From positions 1,184,001-1,248,000 of the forward strand of contig OZ241329.1 of assembly GCA_965199825.1 (NCBI GenBank): 64,000 bases of DNA. Direction: 5' to 3'. How positions within the stretch are numbered: the first letter of the stretch is position 1; every line of letters starts with the position of its first letter. Of this stretch, positions 10,522 to 20,067 are shown one piece after another. Origin of the DNA: Bdellovibrionales bacterium. GTDB lineage: Bacteria > Bdellovibrionota > Bdellovibrionia > Bdellovibrionales > UBA1609. A model generated the notes under the pieces. It was not told the origin of the DNA. It saw nothing but the letters and a program-made list of their open reading frames with translations, and did not search any database. A program made the position numbers and the translations under genes.

Positions 10522-11451
10522 TTAAGTTCCTTCTCGTAATTCGTAACCGGCGAGTTTTAAAAACACATCATCCATATTGGATTTACGCACCAAAATATCT
10601 TCACTCGAAATCAGCTTTAAAGCTTCTTTGCCTTCGCGTCCCTCGGGCACAAACAGGCGCACCCGATTATTGAGAATCTGATATTCATAATGGGTTTTGA
10701 TTTTGTTCACATGATAATCCAGATCGGAAGCCGCAATCCGAAATTCCACAACCTCGTGGCCCACATGAGCACGAATCAGATCTTTTGGTTTGCCCGCACA
10801 AAGAATTTTTCCTTTATCGAGGATGACCAAGCGATCACAAATGCGTTCGGCCTCTTCCATGTAGTGAGTGGTCAGCACTAAAGTTTTACCATTTGATTTC
10901 ATTTGATGAAGTGCTTCCCAAATCCAAAATCGGGCCTGCGGATCAAGGCCAGTCGTAGGCTCATCGAGAAATAAAATTTCGGGCTCGCTCATTAAGGACC
11001 GCGCAATTGCAAGACGGCGCTTCATTCCACCACTTAATGTATTGACCGAGCGATCTTCAAAATCCTCAAGCCGCAAAAACCGTAGGAGCTCACGCGCGCG
11101 CGCCAAAGCCTTGGTCGGTTTGATTCCAAAGTAATGAGAATAAATCAGAAGATTATCCAAAACACTAAAGTCGGTATCAAGCCCATCTTCTTGAGGCACC
11201 ACACCAATGCGGGTTTTGATCTGCTCAATATTCGTTTGGACATTTTGGCCAAGGATAAAGAGTTGACCCGCAGTCACGCGAGAAAGCCCATACATCATCT
11301 TTAATGTTGAACTTTTACCTGCGCCGTTTGGACCAAGAATTCCAAAGCATTCGCCCCGCTCGATTTCGAGCTCGATGCCATCGACTACCGATTCTTGGTC
11401 ATATTTTTTGACCAAGCTCCGACATTCGATGACCACATCTCGTTTTGTCAT
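10522..11451 (-). CDS. ABC transporter ATP-binding protein (NodI-like)
   Basis: GPNGAGKS, LSGGMKRR, LDEPTTGLDPQAR, TTHYMEEA. Confidence 0.92.
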   Translation of the reverse strand: MTKRDVVIECRSLVKKYDQESVVDGIELEIERGECFGILGPNGAGKSSTLKMMYGLSRVTAGQLFILGQNVQTNIEQIKTRIGVVPQEDGLDTDFSVLDNLLIYSHYFGIKPTKALARARELLRFLRLEDFEDRSVNTLSGGMKRRLAIARSLMSEPEILFLDEPTTGLDPQARFWIWEALHQMKSNGKTLVLTTHYMEEAERICDRLVILDKGKILCAGKPKDLIRAHVGHEVVEFRIAASDLDYHVNKIKTHYEYQILNNRVRLFVPEGREGKEALKLISSEDILVRKSNMDDVFLKLAGYELREGT

Positions 11452-11486
11452 ACTTGAATTGAGCTCTGAAAAGGCTCAAAGGTCAA

Positions 11487-12764
11487 TCAGCTGATTGACG
11501 CTTTTTCGATTAGGAAATTTGCCACTTTTTCTTCAGTCAGCTGAAAATTGAGTCGCGATGCCATCTCTTTTTTCTGATAAAATTCGGCAATGCGAGCGCG
11601 CTCGATCCCTGTGCTTTCGGCGTGCTGGGTAATCCGAGCTTCAAATTCTTCAGAGGTTGCACGAAGATTTTTTTGGTCTGCGAGAGCATCCACCAAAAAG
11701 GTGCACTGGACCATAAACTTAGCTGAGTCGGTAAAATCATTGGACCATTTGGTTTTGTAATCTTCAAATTCGGCCTCAGAGTATTGGCCTTCTTGCTTCA
11801 TTCGATCTTGCACATCTTTTTGGAGAGTCTCGATTTGTTGTTGTAACAACGAAGCAGGAACCGCAACTGGATTGGCATCGACAAATGCGCGCATCACTTT
11901 GTTTTTAACATCCTCTTGAATCCGGCGTTCTTCACCCGCAACAAGATCGGCTTTAATTTCTGCACGCAGCTCGTCCATATTGGCTTTGCCATTTTTCTTT
12001 GCGAACTCTTCATTAATTTCGGGGAAACGTTTGGTTTTGAGTTGTTTCAATTTCATCTGAAATTGAGCGGGCTTTCCGGCCACATCGGCTGCGTGATAAT
12101 CATCTGGAAATTTGACCGAAATGTCGCGTGAGTCGCCAACCTTCATGCCGATAATTCCATCTTCAAATCCAGGAATTGATCGCCCGCTGCCGAGCTCCAG
12201 TGGATAATCCTGGGCTTCGCCCTGTTCCATCGGCGCACCATCAATAAATCCTTTGAAGTCGACAATGACCACATCGCCAGTTTGGGCGCCGCGGTCTTCA
12301 AATACGGTGACCTCCTCGGCTTGTCGCTCTTGCAAATTTTTAAGCAAGCTCTCAATACTCTCATTGGTGATTTCGTATTTTTCTTTTTCGACTTTGAGGC
12401 CTTCAACTTTTTTGATTTGAATCTCGGGTCGAATCTCGAGTTCAGCGGTGTAACTAAAATCACTTTCTTCGCTAAAAGGAGCAAGATCCACTTTTGGAAA
12501 TCCAATAGGCTCAAGTTGGTGCTCTTCAAGCGCCTTTTGATAAGAATCAGAAACCAAATCTTGAATAACATCTTGCTCAACTCTGTCGCGGTAAAGAGAG
12601 CGGATGGTTGTCATCGGCGCTTTACCTGGGCGAAAGCCCTTTATCGTGGCATTCCGTTGAATTCCCCGATAGACTTTGTCGAATGCAGTACGTACATCTT
12701 CGGCGGGAACTTGAATCGAGAGTTTACGTGATAAACCGTCGAGCGTATCGAGTGTGGATTTCAT
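11487..12764 (-). CDS. tig: Trigger factor
   Basis: GFRPGKAP ribosome-binding motif, FKBP domain (IPGFEDGIIG, FPDDYHA). Confidence 0.95.
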   Translation of the reverse strand: MKSTLDTLDGLSRKLSIQVPAEDVRTAFDKVYRGIQRNATIKGFRPGKAPMTTIRSLYRDRVEQDVIQDLVSDSYQKALEEHQLEPIGFPKVDLAPFSEESDFSYTAELEIRPEIQIKKVEGLKVEKEKYEITNESIESLLKNLQERQAEEVTVFEDRGAQTGDVVIVDFKGFIDGAPMEQGEAQDYPLELGSGRSIPGFEDGIIGMKVGDSRDISVKFPDDYHAADVAGKPAQFQMKLKQLKTKRFPEINEEFAKKNGKANMDELRAEIKADLVAGEERRIQEDVKNKVMRAFVDANPVAVPASLLQQQIETLQKDVQDRMKQEGQYSEAEFEDYKTKWSNDFTDSAKFMVQCTFLVDALADQKNLRATSEEFEARITQHAESTGIERARIAEFYQKKEMASRLNFQLTEEKVANFLIEKASIS

Positions 12765-12809
12765 AAAAGTCTACATATTCAATGCGTGTTTCAAAGGCAA
12801 GGAAATGAT

Positions 12810-13628
12810 GTGAAGCTTCTCTTCGTCACAGGTAAGGGCGGCGTCGGCAAATCCACTCTCGCAGCCGCTCTCGCACTCAAAAACGCCAAGAGCGGAAACA
12901 AGACCCTGCTGGTAGAGCTTGGGGATCAATCCTATTTTGAAAATTGGCTTTCGATCCCCATTGGGCATGATCCGACATCGCACATTCATCCCAACCTTTT
13001 TTTTAGTCGTTGGGAGGCCTCAGCCTGCCTCAAGGAATACCTGACCCATTATCTCAAGGTCGAGACCTTGGTGAATCTCTTTTTCCAAAACAAAGTGATG
13101 AAAACTTTGCTGCAAGCCGCACCGGCACTCAAAGAAATTTCGCTACTCGGAAAAATCACCAGCGGCATTCGCAAAATTGGACCCCCGTTAGTGTATGACT
13201 GCGTGGTGATCGACTGTTTTTCGACCGGTCATTTTAAGGCCTTGATACAAGCTCCAAAAGGATTGAGCGAAGCTGTTAAATTTGGCCCCATGGGCGAGCA
13301 ATGCCGATCGATTCTTAATGTGATAAAAGATAAAACCATTTGCTCCTATCATCTGGTTTGTTTGCCCGAAGAGTTGCCGGTGATTGAAACAAAGGAACTT
13401 GAGCAATTTTTAAAATCCGAATTGGGTGTTGAGCCCTTGCAAATATTAAATCGGATGTGGCCAATCCCACCTGTTCTTATTGAAGGCACTCCTTATTTTG
13501 AATTTCTAAAAGCCCGCCAACAATCACAAAAAGACAGTGCTAAAGAATTACCTCGAGCACTCAAAGCTCCCCTGGTTTTTGAAAGTTCACCACATGAAAT
13601 CCTAAATCAACTGAGCGAGAAAATATGA
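12810..13628 (+). CDS. ArsA/Get3-family ATPase (single domain)
   Basis: Deviant Walker A GKGGVGKST; D..STGH; LPEELPVIET; GTG 12810 follows an AAGGA SD (track start 12786). Confidence 0.85.
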   Translation: MKLLFVTGKGGVGKSTLAAALALKNAKSGNKTLLVELGDQSYFENWLSIPIGHDPTSHIHPNLFFSRWEASACLKEYLTHYLKVETLVNLFFQNKVMKTLLQAAPALKEISLLGKITSGIRKIGPPLVYDCVVIDCFSTGHFKALIQAPKGLSEAVKFGPMGEQCRSILNVIKDKTICSYHLVCLPEELPVIETKELEQFLKSELGVEPLQILNRMWPIPPVLIEGTPYFEFLKARQQSQKDSAKELPRALKAPLVFESSPHEILNQLSEKI

Positions 13629-14650
13629 AGATCATCATTTGTGCGGGAACAGGCGGAGTTGGAAAAACCACCGTGTCGGCAAGTCTTGGACTTTGTTTTG
13701 CTCATCAAGGCAAAAAAGTTTTGGTCCTCACGCTGGATCCAGCACGGCGTTTGATTTCGGCCTTGGGGCTTGATTCGTCAGACGAAGAAATTCGTGTGGA
13801 CCTCAAAACAAAAGGCGAGCTGTGGGCATCGATGATCGACCCGGCAAAAATTTTTGATCGCTTTATTCACCGAGTTTCGACTTCGGAAACTCAGGCTCAA
13901 AAACTGTTAAAAAATCCACTTTATTTTCAGCTGAGCCGTTCGCTCAATGGATCGCAGGAGTTCACTAGCCTTGAGCGACTTTTGGAGGCCTGGGAAAGCA
14001 AAAAATATAATTTGATCATTCTCGACACTCCACCCTCACAGCATGCGGTGGATTTTTTAAAAGCGCCTGAACAAATTTTTTCGCTCTTTCAAGATTCGAT
14101 TACGAAATGGTTTATCCAAAAAAATGGTGGCCTTCTCAACTCAATTTTTCATCGTGGTACTCAAGCGGTATTGAGTGCCTTAGAGCGGATCACTGGATCG
14201 CAATTTGTTGGCGAGCTTTCCGACTTTTTTGCGAGCATGAGTGATATGCAGCAAGTTGTGGCCAGTCGAAGTATTCGTGTGCATCAACTTTTAACCCAAG
14301 CCGAAACATCATTTTTACTTGTAACCGGATATGACGAAGCCAAACTGCGCGAGGCCCAAATGTTTGCCAAAGAGATTCGTCGTGGTGGCTACAAGCTCGG
14401 GGGTGTGGTTATCAATCGCTCATTTCCTGAAGAGCAAAAGAGCAGTGGCTTGCCAAAAGAAAATAAAGAGTTTTACCAAAATGTAAAAAACTATTTTGCT
14501 CACAAAATTAAGCTCTGCGATGACTTCGCACGCGAACTTAAATTACCGGTGACCCGATTGCCTGATTTTACTAAATCAATTCAAGGTCTCGATGGCATCA
14601 AGATGATCGCTGAAGAGCTGAAGAGTTCAAATATTATGGAGAAACTATGA
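13625..14650 (+). CDS. ArsA/Get3-family ATPase (second of pair)
   Basis: GTGGVGKTT, LTLDPARRL, LDTPP. Confidence 0.88.
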   Translation: MKIIICAGTGGVGKTTVSASLGLCFAHQGKKVLVLTLDPARRLISALGLDSSDEEIRVDLKTKGELWASMIDPAKIFDRFIHRVSTSETQAQKLLKNPLYFQLSRSLNGSQEFTSLERLLEAWESKKYNLIILDTPPSQHAVDFLKAPEQIFSLFQDSITKWFIQKNGGLLNSIFHRGTQAVLSALERITGSQFVGELSDFFASMSDMQQVVASRSIRVHQLLTQAETSFLLVTGYDEAKLREAQMFAKEIRRGGYKLGGVVINRSFPEEQKSSGLPKENKEFYQNVKNYFAHKIKLCDDFARELKLPVTRLPDFTKSIQGLDGIKMIAEELKSSNIMEKL

Positions 14651-15699
14651 GAATTTATTTATGTGCAGTTTTAATCTTAAGCTTGGGCTGTGCCTCATCG
14701 AAAAAAAGAGAATCGACTGCGACCCCCGCGCCAGATTCAAGAGTGATGGTGGAATTTGAAAAGGGGCTAAAATATCTTGAAGAAGAAAAATACGAGATGG
14801 CGGCTCGCACTCTTGATCAGCTGCTCGTCGATAAACCGGCCTCTGAATTTGACTTGGTCGTTTCATTTAATGCCGCCGCTGCACGCGAAGGGATGAAAGA
14901 TTGCAAAGGTGCAGCTGAGCGCTATCGCCGAATTTTTAATGTGGCAAAAACAAAGTTTGAACCGATCGCCAATCAAGCCCTTTATCGCCTGAGTTATGCT
15001 TACGAGTGTTTAGGTGCCGACGCCAAGGTGATCAGCAGCCTGCTTGATCTTAGAAAAAAAACCAATGGCATTGCCGAAGATATTAGTCTTGCAGAAATTC
15101 CTGCGCGCCTTGCCGCAGCCTACGCCAGAGTCGAAAATCGCGACCTCTCACTGCAGTACTATGATCTCGCAAATCAAGGACTCAATCAATTGCGAGTCAA
15201 TTTTCGCTCACGTGCAAAATATGATGATGTGATGGCGCGCACTCTTTTTTATATGGGACGTCTGACCCTTCCTGATGAAAGAGCAAAAGTAAAACCAAAA
15301 GCCTATCTTGAAAACGTAAGGGCGTTGCAACCTTATCTTGTTCAAGCGGTAATTATGGATGTTCCAACTTGGTCGCAAAAGTCTTATCAACAATTGAGCA
15401 ATGCCTACGCTCGCCTCTGGGATTACGTTGAGCAAGTCAAGAGCAGCGAAACCAAAGATGTTTTGCTCAAAGAAGTAGAAGATCGCAATGCACGACTTGC
15501 AATTGCACGTGAGGCGATGATTTCATTGGGCACCTTGCGCAAAATGGTAACCACCGTGCCGATAAAACCGCAAAGTGTTCCGGGCGAAATGCTGCAGTTT
15601 ATCGATGGACAAGATAAGCGCTTTCAAAGCTTATTAAGTGCAAATGCGGTAACCACATTGCCCTCGCTCGAGTCGCAAAAAAGACATCAGGTGAAGTGA
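14647..15699 (+). CDS. TPR-like lipoprotein
   Basis: Lipobox LSLGC; helical repeats (ALYRLSYAYECLG). Confidence 0.7.
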   Translation: MRIYLCAVLILSLGCASSKKRESTATPAPDSRVMVEFEKGLKYLEEEKYEMAARTLDQLLVDKPASEFDLVVSFNAAAAREGMKDCKGAAERYRRIFNVAKTKFEPIANQALYRLSYAYECLGADAKVISSLLDLRKKTNGIAEDISLAEIPARLAAAYARVENRDLSLQYYDLANQGLNQLRVNFRSRAKYDDVMARTLFYMGRLTLPDERAKVKPKAYLENVRALQPYLVQAVIMDVPTWSQKSYQQLSNAYARLWDYVEQVKSSETKDVLLKEVEDRNARLAIAREAMISLGTLRKMVTTVPIKPQSVPGEMLQFIDGQDKRFQSLLSANAVTTLPSLESQKRHQVK

Positions 15700-16928
15700 T
15701 GGACCAATCGCAAATTCATCATAAAATTGTTCATCGTTTGGATGTGATTACAAATTGGTTTCAGCAGCAACAAAAAGGTTTAAAATTTCCGTTTTACTCC
15801 AGCTTTGATTTGCGAGATTCGGGTTTTAAAGTTGTTCCTGTTGATGCAAATATTTTTCCTGCAGGATTTAACAATATTTGTCGGGCCGATCGTGATTCGA
15901 GTGTGGAGTTGGTCAGAGAATACTTGGCTCGCCATTACCCAGAAAAATCACAAAAAATTGTGCTGTTAACTGAGGAGCACACCAACAATCCTTATTACTG
16001 GGACAATGTGAGCACCATAAAATTTCTGCTTGAAAAAGCAGGGCGCACGGTGCGACTTGCGATTCCGCGCGAACTTTCGACACCTCTAAGTTTAAAGAGT
16101 GCATCGGGACAAATGGTCGATGTTTTTTCGGCCCGTCGCGAGGGCGAATCGATCACGGTTGACGGCATGACTCCAGATTTAATTATTAGTAACAACGATT
16201 TTTCAGAAAGTTATTCCGAATGGGCCGAAAATTTAAAAACGCCCATCAACCCACCCCATGATTTGGGCTGGCATCGAAGACGCAAAGATCATTTTTTTAA
16301 AATATACAACCAATTGGCCATCGAGTTTGCTCGATTGATTGAGGTTGATCCCTTTTATTTTCATGTCGAAACCACAGTCTTCGAAAACTTTGGTGAGGAG
16401 CGCAGGCAAGAACTTGCACAAGATGTGGATCTTTTTTTAACCAATTTAAAAGATCAATATGCTGCACAAAATATTTCAAATGAGCCATTTGCCTTTATAA
16501 AAAACAATGCGGGCACCTATGGGCTCGGAGTCACTCAAGTGCATTCCTCAAAAGAAGTTTTAGAATGGAATTACAAAGCTCGCAAAAAAATGAAAGCGGC
16601 CAAAGGTGGACGCGGAGTCGATGAGGTCATCATTCAAGAGGGCGTCCCTACGATTGTCACCGCCTCTGGTGCAACCGCAGAGCCTGCGATTTATATGTTG
16701 GGATGTCAGCTTGCCGGAGGATTTTTGCGAACTCACAATCAAAAAAATAACGAAGAGAGTTTAAACAGTCCGGGAGCGATTTATCAAAAGCTTTGCATCT
16801 CGGATCTCAATGTCAGCGTGGAGGGTCATCCAATGGAAAATGTTTATGGGTGGGTGGCGCGCTTGAGTTGCCTCAGCATTGCGCGCGAAGCTAAGGAGTA
16901 TGGCGTTCAATTTCCGGGGTATAACTAA
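15696..16928 (+). CDS. gshA: Glutamate--cysteine ligase, divergent (Acidithiobacillus-type) GshA
   Basis: FYSSFDLRDSGFKVVPVDANIFPAGFNN, EEHTNN, GTYGLG, IIQEGV, ESLNSPG. Confidence 0.88.
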   Translation: MMDQSQIHHKIVHRLDVITNWFQQQQKGLKFPFYSSFDLRDSGFKVVPVDANIFPAGFNNICRADRDSSVELVREYLARHYPEKSQKIVLLTEEHTNNPYYWDNVSTIKFLLEKAGRTVRLAIPRELSTPLSLKSASGQMVDVFSARREGESITVDGMTPDLIISNNDFSESYSEWAENLKTPINPPHDLGWHRRRKDHFFKIYNQLAIEFARLIEVDPFYFHVETTVFENFGEERRQELAQDVDLFLTNLKDQYAAQNISNEPFAFIKNNAGTYGLGVTQVHSSKEVLEWNYKARKKMKAAKGGRGVDEVIIQEGVPTIVTASGATAEPAIYMLGCQLAGGFLRTHNQKNNEESLNSPGAIYQKLCISDLNVSVEGHPMENVYGWVARLSCLSIAREAKEYGVQFPGYN

Positions 16929-16931
16929 TTT

Positions 16932-17567
16932 ATGAAAGCTGCGGTCTTTTCAATTTGTTTATGTTTTGGAATTTTGTGTTCGTTTTTATCCTGGAATAGC
17001 ATGGTCTACATCTATGTTGGTGATTCGCGAACTCCGGCTGCAGTCCCGCAGCATCTGGATTTATCCAATCTCCAAGGCACTTCGCTCACTCTTGCTTCGC
17101 GCGATCGATTATTTAGTCATGCTCGTTTGATAAAAGAAAACGAAGTCACTGGCATTGAGCTCGGAAATTTTTTGGTCAAATCCGACACGGGCGAAAAAAA
17201 CTTTGCTTGTCACACCTATCAGCGCATTCAACTCAAGTATCAAGCGGTGGGTGAAGCTGTGAGCGGCGAAATCCCTGAGATGTCGATTGAAGGTCCGTGT
17301 TTGATGTCTGACAACGTCAACACGCTTAAGCCCTTATGGATTCCGCAATCTCGATTGATTGCAACTCATCCACATGATTACGCCATCGATTATGAAGAGC
17401 ATGGTGTGCAAATGAATTTTCAATTTAAAAATATGGGAAATTCGTGGCCGGAGCAGTGGGTATTGTTAGGGGCTCGGTTATATGATCCCGATCAACAGGG
17501 ATCAGAATTAGCAATCAATGCACAGGGTGTGCGGCTTCCCCTCAACTGGTCAGCGAATCGAAAGTAA
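16932..17567 (+). CDS. Hypothetical membrane-anchored protein
   Basis: N-terminal hydrophobic segment followed by RTPAA; co-oriented with the gshA operon. Confidence 0.65.
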   Translation: MKAAVFSICLCFGILCSFLSWNSMVYIYVGDSRTPAAVPQHLDLSNLQGTSLTLASRDRLFSHARLIKENEVTGIELGNFLVKSDTGEKNFACHTYQRIQLKYQAVGEAVSGEIPEMSIEGPCLMSDNVNTLKPLWIPQSRLIATHPHDYAIDYEEHGVQMNFQFKNMGNSWPEQWVLLGARLYDPDQQGSELAINAQGVRLPLNWSANRK

Positions 17568-18317
17568 ATTTAAAAAAGTCGACATTGATCGATTGCTGCT
17601 GTTTGCAAGATTCGCAATCAACGCATGATCCACACCGCGCTCTTTTAAAAGATACCAATAAAATCCACCTTCAATAAATTGCTCAAAGGTCAAAGCCGAG
17701 AGTTGAATCCCATCATCGGTACTCGAGGCAGCGGCGGCATAGCTCAGCGCCATCAACACACCCGATTTCCAATTTTTGATATTCTTTTCGGGGATCATAT
17801 TAAAAACGAGGGTGATCAAGGGTTCAATTAGCATGATCTGCAGATGAGTGCTGTAAGGCTGTGCTTTGATATCCAGCATTCGCATATTGAGCTCGGCCGG
17901 GCTTAAACCCTGTCCAAATAAAAGATCAATTGCAGTCTCACCAATCAAGACCATTTGGGCTTGCATAACTGTTTTGGTGTACGAAGGTTCATCCTTATTC
18001 AGATCAGTAGTTGTGACCAAATATTTTTTGATGTGATCAAAGATGCGCGCGCCCACAAGATTCACCGCCACACCAGGAATGTTGGCGGGATAAGTCGAAA
18101 GGGCCTTTGTGAGAGCGTTGCGTGTTTGTGGATCCACCGAAAGCGTGCCGTTCGAAAAATTAACTTTTCCATTGTCAGTGATTGCCCCCATCCCAAGCGC
18201 AAATACGCCAGACCCAGCAAGCAAACTTAAGCACATCGAACGCCGCGAAATTGTTTTAGGCGCTTCAGCCGCAAAGGATTGGGTGGATAGCAATAAGATG
18301 AGAGCGAACTTAAACAT
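17550..18317 (-). CDS. Hypothetical exported/membrane protein with a degenerate CPBP-like C-terminus
   Basis: Probable start MFKFALILLLSTQSFA (signal peptide) at 18317; the longer track ORF just reads through the tandem repeat. Confidence 0.6.
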   Translation of the reverse strand: MFKFALILLLSTQSFAAEAPKTISRRSMCLSLLAGSGVFALGMGAITDNGKVNFSNGTLSVDPQTRNALTKALSTYPANIPGVAVNLVGARIFDHIKKYLVTTTDLNKDEPSYTKTVMQAQMVLIGETAIDLLFGQGLSPAELNMRMLDIKAQPYSTHLQIMLIEPLITLVFNMIPEKNIKNWKSGVLMALSYAAAASSTDDGIQLSALTFEQFIEGGFYWYLLKERGVDHALIANLANSSNRSMSTFLNLLSIR

Positions 18318-18328
18318 ATCCTGGGTGT

Positions 18329-18344
18329 AGCGATCAGCATGCCG
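18329..18344 (-). promoter_or_regulatory. Putative sigma54 (-24/-12) promoter
   Basis: Minus strand CGGCATGCTGATCGCT = GG-N10-GC, 12 nt before ATG 18317. Confidence 0.5.
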
Positions 18345-18447
18345 AGTGGGCTGCCGTAAGGCTGCCTCTGGCCTGGTATTGCTGATAAAATTTGCTTTGG
18401 TGTGCCGCAAATTGGCTTTTTTGGGTTGTTGCTGAGAGACGGCCGGT

Positions 18448-18933
18448 TTGTCGTGCCCGCTCAAGGTGTCGTGCCCGCTCATGTTGTCGTGCCCGCTCAT
18501 GTTGTCGTGCCCGCTCATGTTGTCGTGCCCGCTCAAAGTGTCGTGCCCGCTCAAAGTGTCGTGCCCACTCAAAGTGTCGTGCCCGCTCAAGGTGTCGTGC
18601 CCACTCAAAGTGTCGTGCCCGCTCAAGGTGTCGTGCCCGCTCAAAGTGTCGTGCCCACTCAAAGTGTCGTGCCCGCTCAAAGTGTCGTGCCCGCTCAAAG
18701 TGTCGTGCCCGCTCAAAGTGTCGTGCCCACTCAAAGTGTCGTGCCCGCTCAAAGTGTCGTGCCCGCTCAAAGTGTCGTGCCCGCTCAAAGTGTCGTGCCC
18801 GCTCAAAGTGTCGTGCCCGCTCAAAGTGTCGTGCCCGCTCAAAGTGTCGTGCCCGCTCAAAGTGTCGTGCCCGCTCAAAGTGTCGTGCCCGCTCAAAGTG
18901 TCGTGCCCGCTCAAAGTGTCGTACCCGCTGACT
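18448..18933. repeat. 18-bp tandem repeat array, 27 units, consensus GTGTCGTGCCCGCTCAAA
   Basis: Directly visible: 26 near-perfect units plus one degenerate terminal unit; no spacers. Confidence 0.98.
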
Positions 18934-19248
18934 CCAGATAAAATCCTGAACCAAAACTAAACACCTCCGGAGTTTGCAAAAATACTCAAGAATCACTTTC
19001 AGTAAGACGTGCGAAGTGCGTGTCACCACAAATTCTTTAAATTAATATTGACGCGTTTTTGCAGCTTCGGGAGCAGGACTTATTTGGTCACTATTGAATC
19101 AGGGGTCTTCAAAGCTCAATCTGCGGATATAACCTGGTCCAAATCAAAATAACCCACCGTAATTTTCAAAATAAAAATCACACGTGCTCGTTCAAAAAAT
19201 CAAAATAAATAACCCATGATATACTTCTTCTTTAAACAGGAGAAGTTT

Positions 19249-20067
19249 ATGGATCATTCTAAAATTCATTTCCAAGCAGTAACGGCTGCGGCCAACCACC
19301 GCAAAACAGAAATGGATTTACTTAACGCTTTAGAAATCGTATGGCGAAATAAAACGTATTATGAGTTTGGGTGCCAATCTTTGTTTGAATATTCAACCCA
19401 ACAACTTAAATTATCTGATGAGCTCGCGAGCATCTTTAATAAACTAGCAAAAAAATTTATTGAAGTGCCTGAACTTAAAACTCACATTGCATCAGGTGAA
19501 ATTTCAATTTCAAAGGGCAATCGAGTTTGCAGTGTGATCACCCCAGAAAATGCCGAAGAATGGCTGGCGAAAGCCAAAGGTACAAAACGAAATCTTGAAA
19601 AGGAAATCGCGAAAGCACAACCTGAAAAGGCAATCCCTGAGCGGGCACGATATCGTAAAGCAGGCGACACCGTTAGAATTCAAATTTCTTACTCTGTCAC
19701 CGAAGACGAATTTAAAGAGCTCGAAAGAGCAAAAGATTTAATGAGCCAAAAATTAGGTCGAACGGCCACAACCAACGATGTTTGTGTGCGAGCGGTAAAA
19801 ACACTCTTACAAAAAATAGATCCGCTCGAAAAGTCGTGCCTGGTTCAAACTGCGGGCACGATCAACTTAACCGTAAAACTAAAACGGAAAGTTCATCACA
19901 ATCACAATAGCCAGTGCACTTACCGAGATGAAAGTGGCAAGCGCTGCACTCAGCGGCGTCACCTTGATATCCATCACATCACCCCGACATCACTAGGTGG
20001 TACCAACGACGAAAACAATCTCACAATTTTTTGTTCGGGACATCATCGTGCCCACCACCGCCATTAG
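19249..20067 (+). CDS. HNH endonuclease with a DUF222-like N-terminal region
   Basis: C-terminal QC...RC...LDIHHI.P...GG.N..NNL...CSGHH zinc-HNH; N-terminal G..SLFEY....L.LS and GEISISK; AGGAG SD before ATG 19249. Confidence 0.88.
   Translation: MDHSKIHFQAVTAAANHRKTEMDLLNALEIVWRNKTYYEFGCQSLFEYSTQQLKLSDELASIFNKLAKKFIEVPELKTHIASGEISISKGNRVCSVITPENAEEWLAKAKGTKRNLEKEIAKAQPEKAIPERARYRKAGDTVRIQISYSVTEDEFKELERAKDLMSQKLGRTATTNDVCVRAVKTLLQKIDPLEKSCLVQTAGTINLTVKLKRKVHHNHNSQCTYRDESGKRCTQRRHLDIHHITPTSLGGTNDENNLTIFCSGHHRAHHRH

Noticed and set aside
9762..11451. Nodulation factor export (nodIJ)
   Set aside because: Family resemblance only; no nodABC, and such ABC-2 pairs are widespread.
12810..14650. Arsenic resistance operon
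   Set aside because: No arsB/acr3, arsC, arsD or arsR, and the ATPases are single-domain.
18448..18933. CRISPR or TIGR-like guide array
   Set aside because: No variable spacers, and no cas or Nop-domain gene in the window.
18334..19029. Repeat-encoded ORFs (LSGHDT, FERARH, CRARSK, VVPAQS, SCPLKV repeats), including the 454-aa fusion 17550..18914
   Set aside because: An 18-bp unit lacking stops opens five of six frames automatically. The fusion would bury a signal peptide mid-protein and starts only at a TTG within a repeat. Two common variants are synonymous in two frames, so coding is not fully excluded.
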